A model generated the notes under the pieces. That model was not told where the DNA came from. It made no database searches and was given only the letters and a program-made list of their open reading frames with translations. Positions 1 through 13,806 of a stretch of 64,000 nucleotides of DNA are shown one piece after another (position 1 is the stretch's first letter; every line of letters starts with the position of its first letter). The stretch spans positions 125,240,001-125,304,000 of the forward strand of contig NC_042998.1 in NCBI RefSeq assembly GCF_006345805.1. Reading direction: 5' to 3'. Both the position numbers and the translations under genes were made by a program. The DNA comes from Octopus sinensis. Taxonomy: Eukaryota.

Positions 1-320
1 GGGGGTATGACTTTTTCTTGCTGTTGAGATAAAATTGATATAAGCTTGTTGGCGGATGCTTTTCACATCTCTGTTCATAGTGTGTAGCATCTAGGTTGGG
101 TATGCATAATGCATGACCGGGAAATGTAAGTCTCATCTACATAATAGTGGGTGTTGTCAGATGTTGCAGCATATAAGTCATTGATGTATAAAAGGGAGTG
201 GAGGACAATATTGAAGCCTGGGTGGGGGCACACCGGATTTGATAGAATGAAGGGCAGAAAAAACTGACAACACATACAGGAGTATTATCTGATAAACTAC
301 TGATCCAAGAGGTGAGAGAC
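1..320 (-). mobile_element. Decayed non-LTR (CR1/L2/Jockey-group) reverse transcriptase fragment
   Basis: Minus strand gives SGVP.. followed, after a frameshift, by LLYINDL..NTHYYVDET, matching the RT motifs SGVPQGS..LF..YINDL..YADD. Confidence 0.7.
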
Positions 321-559
321 AGGTTTCATTTTCGGTATTTTTATAGAGTATTGTCTCTTACTGAAGACGACGAAATACAAAAACTAATTTTAAATAATTA
401 GTGAAAATATTTAAAATATAAACATTGAACTAGGTTATGTTTTCTAAAAAAAATCGCAACCCTTTTTAAACACCAATGTCCCCCATAGCGCCCCTTGCAA
501 TCCCCTCAAAGCTGGCAAGATGACACTTTCCAGGTTAACCACTGATCTACGTGAAAATT

Positions 560-731
560 CACCCTGCTGGAAATAAAAACCAAATTCCCTCGAATCATGA
601 TTTACTGCCTTTAAACAAAAAATATACATTGTATAATGTAATCCGCGATACTTCCAGAAAGATAGAATGATCAAAGCTGGAATGCTTTTGATCTTGTTTA
701 TTCAATCCGGGCTGACCTGACAATAAACAAC
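560..731 (-). repeat. Unclassified dispersed repeat (~170-200 bp family)
   Basis: Reverse complement resembles 11345-11500 (gttgtttagcttcaggtcagc...gatcaa...atttctagca); partial copies near 3715-3840, 6845-6905, 38050-38130, 58625-58825 and 59690-59750. Confidence 0.55.
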
Positions 732-1388
732 ACTTCTTCACTACTACACTATATTGCGTTACACGAAAACACAAAATCCTGAGTTAGTAATGCTTCAATA
801 TTTTTTCTCTTCTATAAAATATACAGTACATCAGGAATGATCTGACTTTGATTTTACCATTAGAGAAAACCATATATCAAAATTCGACTGCTACAAAATA
901 GACCAGTTACCAACTATTGCAGAAATATCGGAATGAGTTACAGTTTTGTAATAGTGACTAATATCGACTTGAGGTCACATCCATGTGACTACATTACTAC
1001 ACGACTTTTCACTATTCTCTGTCACACTATTACCCAACGTGTCGCTGAACTGTACAACACTACACGGGGCCAGGAACTTCATTCTAATTCGAGCCACATT
1101 TTTGTTCGACTAGCTAGAAATACCAGCTAATTCGCCTTTAAATCATAGTACTACTTCGTCCATAAATTAACTTATAGTAATTTAATACTTCAAATCAAAT
1201 TCTATGTAACTCTCAGCTCAGAAATATTGTGACGTATGTTTTCCTATTTCTACTAGTACGACCGATATCTTCCTGAACTTGCTAGCTATTTTAAAGGGCC
1301 ACACTCTCCAATGTATCATTACGAATAAAGAATGTAACTTCATTTTTAGCCGTACTAAATACATTGCTCCTGATGTTTCTCTTCTAGA

Positions 1389-1392
<4 letters not shown>

Positions 1393-1428
<36 letters not shown>
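1393..1428. repeat. (TG)n microsatellite
   Basis: Direct inspection. Confidence 0.95.
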
Positions 1429-1431
<3 letters not shown>

Positions 1432-1869
1432 TTCCAAATATAAATGTACAACTATTCATGCTATTTTAGCATCGTTTAGTCATTGCGCCTTCTCACATCT
1501 CCATTGAAACATTCCCTCTACCCTTATTCATCCACTTAACAAAAAAAAAATTACTTCCTATTGCTGCAATAAAAACTGAGTTTGAATGGAATAGCCTTCA
1601 TTAAGAAAAATATGAAAGCACATTTGCAAATTATATTAAATTAGGAATTTCACCTAATAATTTACATATTAGATTAAGATTTTGCCAAACGCTTTGGTCG
1701 ATTTTGATCGATGCTGTATTTATTATTAATTCGATTGATAATGGAATATGCATATCATGTGTATTGATGCATTAAGAAAATTATTCTAAATATTCTGATT
1801 ATTATCGCTGTTTCCGATGTAAAAGGAAAAAAATATTGCCCATAGTCCATGGACAGCACTCGTGAATCA

Positions 1870-2090
1870 AAGGTAGAGAAGAGTGTTTATGAGATTGCAG
1901 CGGTTAATGGGAAGGTTGAAAAATTTAAGGTTAATGTATTGAAAGAATGCGTAGAAGAGAAATATATTCTATGGACTGGCAGCGCAATAAATGAAGGATT
2001 GTGCGTAATTCTTGGTGCTTAGTTTAACAAGAGAGGTGGAGTACAAATTGTAGGAATTAGTAAGGCGAATGCAATGCGGAGTTTAAAGGA
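1870..2090 (-). mobile_element. Decayed 3' end of LINE ORF2
   Basis: Minus strand reads TKNYAQSFIYCAASP*NI..INLKFF, resembling the RT..YA.SFFPRT..LWN..INLQ.FK C-terminus; similar type to the fragment at 56370-56820. Confidence 0.45.
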
Positions 2091-3084
2091 AATATCGTTG
2101 TTCAAACGTAATCATCAAATAATGACGTAAATCATCACTTTAGAAACGAATCCCATGACTGATTTAACCATAGGGACACTAATGAATCTTTATCTTCAAA
2201 GACTTCATATAGAACAAGTCTTCATCTCCTAGCTATACCCACAGATATAAAGATGACATTCGGGGAAACATGTCAAATTAACAGCGCTGTAGCAGTGACT
2301 TGATTCTGCTTTGCGGTGAATATTCACAACTAGGTGCATTAAGACTAGTGTTTCAAAGGAACATCAAATGAAATGTCAACATAATTCGAACCGTCAACAT
2401 TTCAGTGGGATAAACTGCGAGTACTATAATGACTCGGCTTGTCGCGCTTTCACAAATATTTTTAACGTTTATATTAAAATGTGGAATAATTTCTAGTTTT
2501 GGTTTGTCCGAGATCAGCTCTGATGCAGCAATCCTTTGATCAAATGTGCTCAAGCTGTGACCATCCCATTTTGCACTCGGGTATAATGTATGCAGGACTA
2601 CATGCCTCTTTTTTTGAGATGGTAGGAAGCAAATTGATCGTAGTTGCTCTGTCGTTGGCTCCAAATAATTTCTTAAATCGTGTAACTAGAGCCGCAAATG
2701 CTATCTCAATCTTTAGTTTCAGTAACAATATTTGATTTCACTTGATTCGAAGAGAACATTGCATTTGAGCATAGTTTGGTTGCAAGTATATTAATTCTCT
2801 ACTTCCATAAATAGGGTTTCAAAATATAATAGGATGGATCGATAAGCAAAGATTAGATATTCATACGTTTATCAGGAGCGTTAATGCTAGGAAGAGAAAT
2901 TGCATGTACTTACTAATCAAAATTAGGCTGCATTTGCCAGGAGCTTTCTAATTAATGATCTCGATACAAGGTCAACTTGGAGATGGGATCAGGTTGAAAA
3001 TTATTCAGTTAAACTATGGTCGAATATTCTAACGGAGAGGAGAGTTGGTAAGATGAGGTGGGCTATTAGCGCAAGTATTGTATG

Positions 3085-3260
3085 GTGAAGAAGTTCACTT
3101 CTTAACCATATGGTTCTGGCCTCAATCTCGCTGTGAGATGGTACCTTGAATAATTTCTCCTGGCATAACTTTACTTTGGCCAATACTTTTGAGTGGAATT
3201 TGGTAGACAGAAACTGCACAGAGATTGTTGTATGTAAGTATTTGTGTGTGTATGAAATTT
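3085..3260 (+). mobile_element. Degenerate tRNA-derived SINE (family of 43568-44010)
   Basis: aaccatatggttctgg...gagtggaatttggtagacagaaactg matches the reverse complement of 43860-43975. Confidence 0.7.
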
Positions 3261-6077
3261 ATATGTAAAGTGTGTGTGTGCGTGAATGTAATGTGTGTGC
3301 AGCTGACCTCTAAACAATGTGTGATTTTGTCCATAGGACAAAATTAAATTTATTGTGTTTTCACCAAATTGCTGGGTTATTATTTTTTTTCTTGTTATTC
3401 CTCTGTATGGATAGTGTGTGTACTGATTTGCATCGGCGAAATGTACAAACTTCAATGAAAAAATATTTACTAAAAAGTCATGTTTGTGGTATTCGTTCCG
3501 CCTGGAGTTGCATAGCAAATCCCTTGTCAATGTTGCCACCATAAATGCAATGAACTAGTGATTGACCCATTAGAATCATTTAACCAACGGCACCAATATT
3601 CATCTAATACTATACATAATCTAATAAATCGTGGCTCATGATTTCAAATTTGCTGCTAGTGATTTAGTATATTTCTAGACACATATTTTTACATTACTCA
3701 TGTTCATTTAGTAAAAGTTGTTTAGTCCCTGAGCAGTTATGAAGCAAGATATGAGGGAAAGCATTCGACCTTGTTTTTGTTTTTTGTTTTTTTCAATGTT
3801 TTTTTATGATTACATTATCCAATAGTCACCTTTTTAAACATTTATGTATTCATAGTGTATTTTTAGTAAATTAGCTTTTTATAGTTCTTACTGTGAATTT
3901 CGTTTTATCTATATAACAAGTGGTTCGGAATTTATGACGTTCAAGCTTTCAACATATCTTGATTTGTGACCAACATCAAATACGATATGAGCAGAAAACT
4001 AATGTATTTTGTCTTTGTGAACGTATTTTGCCTTTGTAAACTCAAAATGCTGACGAAGAATAGTCACAATATATGCAATATGATATTCGATTCTATTCGA
4101 TTAGAAGTTTGTAATGTAAAAATGTAACCTGGACAGAAATGTTTTAAACATAGTTCTTGAAGAGAAATGCTTAAGAAGAGCTAGTTAACATATGTAACGT
4201 GTAATAGATTTTATGTTTGATGGGAACAAATAAATAATGGTGAGACAGAACAAAAAATAGATGAAACTGACGTGCATTCGTTTGCCTGTGAAGTGAAGTC
4301 TGACTATAAATCACTACTATTTATACTTTTCTACATTCAGGGTCAAAAACCCCTAGCCTTGGATTTGTTGAAAACCAGTCAACGAAGTATTAAAAACAAG
4401 ACAGGTCGATTTTGAAATTAAAGTTGTGGTGGCCTGTCATTGGCCAACATCAGAGATCCCTATGGTGAACCAGACTTCACAACTAAATGATGACCCAATC
4501 CAATGACGTCATCACAATCAAATGTGCTGCAAGTTACTACATCGTGAAGAAACAAATTCTAAATATACAGCAGTTTGCTACACATTTATGGTTGCATTAT
4601 CTATCATTGTTCTCTTGTAGGCATAATTATGTAAAGGGTATACACATTCCCTTAGTAAACTGTGTTTACTTTGTGTGTATGTTATATGAACGCATGTGAT
4701 TGTATCTGCTCATTCCAGAAAAGTGGAGAATCAGTGGAACGTTTTACAAATCCTCGCTGTAGCACTAACTGATTGGATTTGGGAGATGACCATCCGGACT
4801 CTTTTCGAGCATAATATTTTTATGATTGTTATCCAATAAAGTCAGTCGGCTTTTTAAAACGGTAGACCATGAAGTGATGGCATTTGGAAGCTATTTCTAA
4901 CTGGATGAATGTCCACATCAATGCTCTAAAAAGTGTTCCACATTATCGTAAAATCATCAAAAGAGAGTTCGTTGAAAAGTTCAGTGTATTGATTGCCGTA
5001 ACGAGTAAAATGATCAAACGTTTAAGATATTTGCCCTTCTTCAGAGACAGAATACTAGGAAGTGTGATGTCTAAAAGGCGAAATTGTGAATGAAAGCGAA
5101 AATGAGATGGATTTACGTAGAGAGAGTGGGGACAAAAGCCATTAGCAGATAATCTGAGTAATGTGAGAGCTGTGCAATAGAAATGAAAGTGAAGTGTTAT
5201 GTACCGGTGGTCTTATATCCTTTCAGTGTGACAGCAACTCTACAACCTCTCGTTCTGTGTTGAGCTCTTCATACAGAAACATCCACCATCAGTTGGACAT
5301 TTTCGACTACAGGAGATTCTCACCAACTCTACTGAACCAACCACTTTCTCTTTATATTAATTTCTCTTAGCTTAACATTAGGAGAAATCTGTCCTTTTTC
5401 TAGGGAGCTAGTCAAGTAAACGAGGTTGAAAAGGTCTCAGTAATGTATCTAGACCCGGCTGTGGAAGAGGGTGTTGGTTGGTAGTTTACATTATGCAATC
5501 GACAGTCAAAAATATATTACCCGTTTTTCTACTTGCGTGTGACAACTTCGTATAAATTAATCGATCTATTGCATTCTGTTTTCAGCATGGCGCATAGATT
5601 CTAAAGACTAAATATTTGAAACATTATTATTTCTAAATCTCTCAACGAGAGACATTCAGTAACAGTACTTATGTTGGCAAATAATCTTTACTGAATATTT
5701 GCTTTATTGAAAAGTAGAATGGGACAGATCAAATCATTATTTATGTTAAATTATCATACAAAAGTGGACTGGTATTATATTAACTAGTGACCGCATAATG
5801 TAAGATGCCGGCAAACATCCTATGTTCAGGTCTGCATTACGCACTAAATTAATTTTAATTTGACTTGTTTAGCTATAATAAATTGATATTGATGCAGCTG
5901 TATGCAATTTTGGGGAGCCTATGTACAGCTTGGTGGACCGAACCACTTATTAATAAGTGTCTCTGCCATCGATACATTAGATTTCTGATCATAAAACGAA
6001 CTGCCAATATATCAGTTTATAGCCCAACAACATATCGATACACTTATCGACTCTACCTCCCACGATTCTCTCTCCCT

Positions 6078-6080
<3 letters not shown>

Positions 6081-6133
<53 letters not shown>
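6081..6133. repeat. (CT)n microsatellite
   Basis: Direct inspection. Confidence 0.95.
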
Positions 6134-6139
<6 letters not shown>

Positions 6140-6767
6140 TTTTTCTCATATTAAATGCATGATTGGAAAGACTTTTAACCAAATTCGTATGAAATCATTC
6201 GTGCTTTCTAGCAATTTGTCGGGTCAATAAAGAGAATAGGTATATTAATATTTCGTCAGATACCTCATCAGAGAGAGAAGATTTGATTGTATTATGGTGG
6301 AATATTATTTACGTTTGAATAATCATTGAGAGAACAGAGTTCACTATTTGAACCCAGTGGTGTTGTCAGTGTGTTGGATGAAAAGGCACTTGAGAGGGGC
6401 ATATCGTGTGTATCATTTACTTCTCTTTCTTGGTGACTGATGATAATAGTGAGAAATTATGATTGGGGTGAGAGCACACAAAGCCTATGACGAGGTTATG
6501 TGTATATATCAAAGCAGGTGGTGTGAATTTGAGTATATTGTGTGTATGTGTGTGTGTACATAAATATATACACTAGAGTGTAATTGAATAATAGATATAC
6601 ACGCATCAGCATATATAATTGTACCATACATATATGGTGTGTGCTGTTTAATCCCAAGTTGATTCTGGTCGAGAAGATCCGTGATTATTGTTACTTTCAG
6701 CACAAGTTTCGAATTATCTTAGTTTACTGCACAAGGGAAAATGAAACACACTATAAAGGTGGCAGAA

Positions 6768-6812
6768 AAGGAATCGTTTGACAAGGAATCGTTTGAAAAG
6801 GAATCGTTTGAA
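6768..6812. repeat. 3 x 15-bp tandem repeat aaggaatcgtttga(c/a)
   Basis: Three adjacent near-identical units. Confidence 0.9.
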
Positions 6813-7085
6813 TGCTATTTTTTTAAACTATTGAGTGGAATGCAGAGATTTGCCTGCAGTTTCTAGTAGGTCAAGCAGTCACAAAGGCTACTCTTGTTGG
6901 CTCGCTGAAAATGCACTTTGTTTATAAGTTGGTGGTGCCTTGTCGCAGCGAGAGATTTAGGTTTTATTGATGTTAATTTGAACGGTTTTGATAGGCTAGA
7001 AGCCTCTTACAAAATTTACATACAGTCAAATAAGTTTAACTCGGACTAATTAGGAACATTTAGTATGCTCTATTCATCTTTCTAG

Positions 7086-7339
7086 TGGAGGCGCGTGGCT
7101 TAGTGGTTAGGGTGTTGAACTCATCGTAAGGCTGTGGTTTCGATTCCTAGACCAGGCGATGTGTTGTGTTCTTGAGCAAAGCACTTCATTTCACGTTGCT
7201 CCAGTCCAGTTAGCTGGCAAAAATGAGTAATCCTGCGACGGATCGGCGTCCCGTCCAGGTGGGGAATTTCTACGCCACTGAAACCGGGAAACCGGCCGTT
7301 ATTAGCCTGGCATGTCTCGAGAAGTAACATTTTTTAAAA
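7086..7339 (+). mobile_element. tRNA-derived SINE with 10-bp TSD
   Basis: A box TGGCTTAGTGG, B box GTTTCGATTCC; TSD atctttctag at 7076-7085 and 7340-7349. Confidence 0.9.
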
Positions 7340-7411
7340 ATCTTTCTAGCCTGTTTATTTATCGCAAAATATGAACCATTAGTTAAAAGGCTTTCTTTCC
7401 AGTAATGTTTC

Positions 7412-7633
7412 TTAACCATTTGCCTGTCCTGTGTATCACATGTGATACATAGGACATATTTTCCTGGCGTCCATGTATCATGTACGATAAACATTCCCAA
7501 TTTTTTGCCTGAGACTTAGGAAAGTTTTATGTTACTCTGAACGTATGAAACGAGAGCCAACTAAAAGCTTTTTGAAAAAGCATTGACGTTTAGGACAAAC
7601 TTACGAAAATTGTTTGGACAGGCAAGGAATGAA
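7412..7633. mobile_element. Putative TTAA-type (piggyBac-like) MITE
   Basis: Starts TTAA-CC; ttgcctgtcc (7420-7429) is inverted as ggacaggcaa (7616-7625); internal 30-bp near-perfect palindrome at 7426-7455. Confidence 0.45.
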
Positions 7634-9479
7634 CTAGACATGGCATAAATGAAGAGGTTTGTCCTAAATAGAACCCTGCATGTGCGTAGATTCATGAGAG
7701 AAAAATAGCGTTTAATGTCTACTGCTGCTCTTTTTGAATTTATGGAAAATTTTTAAATATGATGATAGAGGAGTCGTTATTTTCTATGCTGAAGGGTAAA
7801 GTTAATTAAATGTCTGTGATAAAGAACAGTTCTTCTAACGGGTATGTTGTAATTACATTAAGCATGAATCTTTAAAATAACCAAACTGGTAGAGTAGTAG
7901 CAGTTCTCTAATTTGAAATGTGTTCAACATTTACAAAATTACTACTACCCCTGGTGTGGTTGTTAGTGTTATAAACAGTCTTATGGAAAAGAGATTGATC
8001 AATTAGTGAAGCATGACTGCCTCGAGATATTGCAATGTATATATGTGTGTGTGTGTGTGTGTTATGTTGTAGTGTAAACAGGAATGCTGTAGTATAGTTA
8101 GTAAACTCCAGACGAAATAAGTTAGCGATTTAAGTTTCGTTTTTAGTTGTAGCTTACTTTATTTCCTTCTGCTTAATATTTTTGGAAAAGACATAAACAC
8201 GATAAATTCAATTCCTGAATTTCATTTTGTTAATTTACCCACTTATGTTTACCTCTCACTAAAGGTCAAACTCTTAAGTGCATTTATCCAAAAATAAAGA
8301 TATTTTTTATACGTCGGTGTTAATAGTAGTATGAATAGTATCGGCATAATAATGCCGCAACGTAGTTTAGTATGATGTAGTGCAGTAATATTACATAATA
8401 CGGTGATATATAATATAGCCTCTGGAGTCATTCCAACCTCGTCACGCTTTATATCAACCTAAGTTTATAACTCAAAGCCACAACTTTTTTCATCAACATT
8501 TCCATATTAACTGCTTGATCGTTTCGTGGGTTTCAGAGTTTGTATAGCACCACGTGAAGATGAAAACAGCATCAGCACACTGCTACTACTGCAACTCTTC
8601 ACAGAACATCATTACTTTGTATCGTTTCAGCTATTTAATAATATATTTCAGTACAAAACATCTTCTAAACAAAAGCAAAAGGAAGACAAGATATTTAGAA
8701 GTTTTCTTTGGCTTGTATATTTGTTAAGTTTTTTTTGCTTTCGTTGAGTTTCTGTTTGTCTATTATGCTTTTGTTACTGAAAATTACGTAATTTCCTCAT
8801 GTTTCACGTTAGTAAGATTGATAACCATTTAAACAATTACTTTGATTAAAAATAAAAGCCTCAAGTATTTTTGCAAAGGTGTTTTTGTTTTTTCTCGTTC
8901 ACTCGTTTTAGCGTTGTTTTCTCGGTGGCCGCTAACAGCATCATGATATTTTAAGTTACAATGTAGTCTCAAAAATATCAATTTTTAAAGTATTCCAGAG
9001 AATGCATGCAAGAACTTTCACACTATTTCTCTTCTCTTTTTTTTCTTTTTTTTTTTTTTTTTTTTTTTTTTACATATACTTTCTTTTCACTATGCCCCTC
9101 TCCGATTGAAGCAGAAACGCTCTCTTTTGCCTTTCGAATACAACTTTCTGATTTCTAAAGAATAGAGACTATTAGATTCTTATTAATTTCCGACTTGACT
9201 TTTTTCTATACTCTGTTTTTTCCCCAAAAAAGATTCTTTTTTTTCTACAAAATAAATTCAAGAATAGTGTTTCATCCAGCTCCAAGTGACTCAAGTAAAA
9301 TATAGTTTTGGTGGTTATGTATTGAAGTGTTTCAAATACTCTTCGTTGAGTATTTGGACAATTTAGTTAATCCTACTTGCTTCAGTATACTTAGCTATTG
9401 AGGACAGATAGCAGATCTGATCATGTGACCTACAAATGTGTCCTCAACATCACCAAAACAGAGAGGTTAAACACTAACT

Positions 9480-9690
9480 CTAGTTCAAACCCAAAGTCAA
9501 CTTCCTGTTTCAACCTCCCGGTCTTGATGAAATACGATACCAGTCAAATACTTCGCTCAAATTAACTTCCTTTCTACTAAAGGCACAAAGCCTGAAATTT
9601 TGGGGGTGAGCTAGTCGATTATTCAACTGGTACTGATTTCATTTATTCCGAAAGGATAAAAAGTCGACCACGGTGGAATTTGAGGGTTCG
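9480..9690. mobile_element. Two degenerate SINE fragments in opposite orientation (family of 59158-59392)
   Basis: gttcaaa..gtcaac..gatgaaatacgataccagt (+) followed by gtcgattatt..actggtact..ccgaaaggataaaaagtcgacc..ggaatttga (-). Confidence 0.6.
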
Positions 9691-9954
9691 ATTTAATATA
9701 ATTATACAACAGTGAAATGGCACCAGCAGTAATATTTTCTCTCAGAAAAACTTCTCAGAGATTTTTGAGTTAAAAATAAACAGAACTTCGACCAAATCAG
9801 GTCGAAACTCTCTCGAACGATCCACCGACATTCTGAGCAAAGCTGTGTATTCTTATAACACAAAAGTCTCTTTAAAAGTTTCTCTGACACAAAATATAAC
9901 TGCTGGTGTCATTCCACCACACAACGCACACAATGCATGTGCACTCACCCATGC

Positions 9955-10275
9955 AAACACATATATATACACACACGTGCATACACACGTCCATACACAC
10001 GTGCACACGCACGTGCACACGCACGTACACACGCACGTACACACGCACGTGCACACGCACGTGCACACACACGTGCACACACACGTACATACATGCATTC
10101 ATGCCTACATACATACACGCATTCATGCATACATACACACATGCATGCAAGCATACATACATACACACATGTATGCTAGCATACATACACACATGCATGC
10201 TAGCATACATACATACATGCATGCAAGCATACATACATTCATACATACATAGATACATACATACATTCATACATG
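9955..10275. repeat. Compound microsatellite: 12-bp acacgcacgt(g/a)c units grading into (ACAT)n
   Basis: Direct inspection; explains the HTHV, VCTC and ARAH pseudo-ORFs. Confidence 0.9.
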
Positions 10276-10410
10276 CGACAGGCTTTCACTCAGTTTCTCT
10301 CAAGTTAATTGAACAGCCCGGGGCAATAGTAGGCCGAAGGTGCCGCGCAGTTGAACTGAACACGAAAACACGTGGTTATAACGTGAGTTTCTTAACCACA
10401 CGCAGCTGAT
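10275..10410 (-). mobile_element. Degenerate SINE head (family of 43568-44010)
   Basis: cgacaggcttt..cagttt..aaggtgccgcgcag..gaactgaac..gtggtt..cttaaccacac aligns by eye with 43847-43995. Confidence 0.65.
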
Positions 10411-10764
10411 CATTACAATATAACTTAAATATGTCCAGTTTATGTTGATCACCACAAAAAAAAAAAAAAAAAAAAACTTATCGGAAGTTATCTGTAGTGA
10501 GTGACAGAAGGGTGCGACCTGTATGATGCTCATCGCTATGGAGAAGTTTTGAAAGACAGGTTTATTTTGGTTTTTTTAACTCTTAAGTTGTCTGAATGAT
10601 TTGAAAGAATATAGCAACTTTTGATTAAAAACCTCTTCTCTTCATTCTTATTCCAGCGACTTGTTTATCACTTCGTTTAGAAAGCTATACTTTTTCATAC
10701 TTAAAACGTTGATTTCTAGCAAAAGGATGGTGCTTGTTGTTTGAAGAAGACTGTATTTACAATC

Positions 10765-10801
<37 letters not shown>

Positions 10802-11344
10802 GTACGTACGTACGTGCGTGTGTGGATATGATCAACAGGTATTGTTCGGTGAAATAATGATGATAAAAGAGATATGGAACAGTAATAAAATAATATCTCT
10901 ATCTTTGGTTAACAGAACAATATCTAGTTTTAGAAATATTAAAACTATGCGTGATACGAAAGTTGACGTTTGTTGTTTAGTTTTTTTATTTTTCAGCAGA
11001 GATTTTTCGATTGATAAATGTTTTGAAAGGAAGAGAAAGCTAGAAATTTTAATGTTTATAAAGTGAGATTTGCCTTCAAATGAAGCATTAAAAAAAATTA
11101 AGCCTTCACAATAGTATAAAAACAGATAGAGAAGATGACAGATCCTACCTCTCTTTCCTTCTCTCTCTCTCTCCCTCTCTCTTTCTCTCACTCTCTCTCT
11201 CTCTCTTTCTCCCCTCCCTCTTTAGAGAAATAGTAGATATTGTATTAGAGAAAGAGAAAGCGACTGGCGATTTTGGAAATGGTGGTTAGACGGAGATCTC
11301 GGAGTATTAGAGAGAGTGAGGTTACTAATGTGTGTGTATGTGTG

Positions 11345-11500
11345 TGTTGTTGTTTAGCTTCAGGTCAGCTTTGATCAAGCAGACCTATGACCAAAGCTTT
11401 CTCGGTCAATGTATGTACCAGTGACTTTTCTTTTCAAGATGCGTGGATGAGAGGTATTTGGGTGCCATTTCTAGCATGTCAAACGACTACACAAAAACTC
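11345..11500 (+). repeat. Unclassified dispersed repeat copy
   Basis: gttgtttagcttcaggtcagctttgatcaagcagacctatgaccaaag...gccatttctagcatgtc; related copies elsewhere in the window. Confidence 0.55.
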
Positions 11501-11919
11501 TCTCAACAAAGAGGTACAATGCATTCATAGAAATAAAACAGAGCAAGGTCTATGTAATGTAGAACAGAGTATAAAGTAAATGTAGATAGTAAAATTATAC
11601 GTGGAGTGAGAGAAAAGCTGAGGAATATGAGTGAAATAAGCGTGTGCGCGCGTGGAAATGGGATGTGGTGTTGGAAAGAAAATGTGGAAGAAAATGGGTA
11701 TAAAATAATAAAATGAATGGATATGACTACAAGAGAAGAAAAAACAAGACTCCTTCTGACATAGGTCTTTCTCTCGCTTACACGTCTCTCACTCACTCTC
11801 TCTCTCTCTCTCTCTTGCGCGCTTACACCTCTGTCTCTCTCGCTCTCTTTCTCTCTCTCATGCACGCTTTTATGTCTCCCTCATACGTGCTTACATGTCT
11901 CTCTAACACGTCTCTCTCT

Positions 11920-13110
11920 CATGCGCGCTAGCAAGTCTCTCTTTCTCTCATGCACGCTAACAAGTCCCTCTCTCATGCGTGCTAACACGTCCCTCTCTCA
12001 TGCGCGCTAACACGTCTCTCTCTCATGCTCGCTAACACGTCTCTCTCTCATGCTCGCTAACACGTCTCTCTCTCATGCTCGCTAACACGTCTCTCTCTGA
12101 TGCGCGCTAACAAGTCTCTCTCTCGTGAGAGCTAACACGTCTCTCTCTCATGCTCGCTAACACGTCTCTCTCTCATGCTCGCTAACACGTCTCTCTCTCA
12201 TGCTCGCTAACACGTCTCTCTCTCATGCTCGCTAACACGTCTCTCTCTGATGCGCGCTAACACGTCTATCTCTCATGCTCGCTAACACGTCTCTCTCTGA
12301 TGCGCGCTAACACGTCTCTCTCTGATGCGCACTAACACGTCTCTCTCTGATGCGCGCTAACACGTCTCTCTGATGCGCGCTAACACGTTCTCTCTGATGC
12401 GCGCTAACACGTCTATCTCTCATGCTCGCTAACACGTCTCTCTCTCATGCTCGCTAACACGTCTCTCTCTGATGCGCGCTAACACGTCTCTCTCTGATGC
12501 GCGCTAACACGTCTCTCTCTGATGCGCGCTAACACGTCTCTCTCTGATGCGCGCTAACACGTCTCTCTCTGATGCGCGCTAACACGTCTCTCTCTCATGC
12601 GCGCTAACACGTCTCTCTCTCATGCTCGCTAACACGTCTCTCTCTCATGCTCGCTAACACGTCTCTCTCTCATGCTCGCTAACACGTCTCTCTCTCTGAT
12701 GCGCGCTAACACATCTCTCTCTCTCTCTCTCTCTGATGTGCGCTAACACATATCTCTCTCATGTGCTCTAACACGTCTCTCTCTCTCTCTCTTTCTCTCT
12801 CATGTGCTCTAACACGTCTCTCTCTCTCTCATGTGTTCTAACACTCTCTCTCTCTCATGTGCGCTAACACGTCTCTCTCTCTCTCTCTCATGTGCGCTAA
12901 CACGTCTCTCTCTCTCATGTGCGCTAACACGTCTCTCTCTCTCTCTCTCTCATGTGCGCTAACACGTCTCTCTCTCATGTGCGCTAACACGTCTCTCTCT
13001 CTCATGTGCGCTAACACGTCTCTCTCTCTCATGCGCGCGAACACGTCTCTCTCTCTCTCATGCGCGCGAACACGTCTCTCTCTCTCTCTCATGCGCGTGA
13101 ACACGTCTCT
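11920..13110. repeat. ~25-bp minisatellite, (c/g)atg(c/t)(g/t)cgctaacacgt + variable (ct)n, roughly 45 units
   Basis: Direct inspection; source of the CANTSLSL pseudo-ORF at 12857-14179. Confidence 0.95.
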
Positions 13111-13289
13111 CTCTCCTTCTCTTGCACGTTTACACGTCTCGCTCTTCTCTCGCTTACACGTCTCTCTCCCTCTCGCTTACAACAGCTCCTCTCCCAAGGG
13201 GTGCAAATATGTACAAGTTGGGAAGAAAATGTGGAGGTCAAATAATAAAATGAGTAAATATAAATACAAAGTTCTGATATATGTCTTTG

Positions 13290-13758
13290 TCTCGCTTTGT
13301 CTCGCTCACATGTCTCCCTCTTTTCTTCCTCTCTCTCTCTCTTTCTCTCTGACATGCGCTCTTACACGTCTCTCTTTCTCTCTCTCATGCGCGCTTACAC
13401 ATCTCTCTCTCTCTCTCTCTTGCAGCTTACACGTCTCTCTCTTCTTTGCACGCTTACCCGTCTCTGTCTTACTCTCCCTCGCACGGTTATACGTCTCCCT
13501 CTCCCTTGCGTGCTTACACGTCTCTCTCTCTCTCTCTCTCTCACTTTCTGTCTTGAACGCTTACACATCCCTCTCTCTCTCTCTCTCACCTTTGTTAATA
13601 TGTCTCTCCCCCTCCCTCCCTCTCTCTTACACATCTCACACTCTTACACGTCTCTCACCCTTTCACGCTTACACATCTCTCTCTCTCTCCCTCTCTCTCT
13701 CTCTCTCGCTCATTCACTCGCTTTCACATCTCTCACTTGCTCATTCACTCGCTTTCAC

Positions 13759-13806
<48 letters not shown>

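Noticed and set aside
361-378. ctgaagacgacgaaa as a hammerhead core
   Set aside because: No room for stem II and no supporting stems I or III.
2353-2735. Overlapping ORFs with protein-like composition
   Set aside because: No recognisable motif or splice signals; possibly an old transposon relic but unassignable by eye.
4504-4511. Isolated CRE palindrome (also 63014-63021)
   Set aside because: Single 8-mers without supporting context can occur by chance.
4700-5420. Possible decayed retroelement coding sequence
   Set aside because: No diagnostic motif could be recovered.
9845-10409. His/Thr-rich and Val/Cys-rich ORFs in several frames
   Set aside because: Microsatellite artefacts, open on both strands.
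11920-13110. CRISPR-like repeat-spacer appearance
   Set aside because: Spacers are only variable (CT)n, not unique sequences; no cas genes; eukaryotic context.
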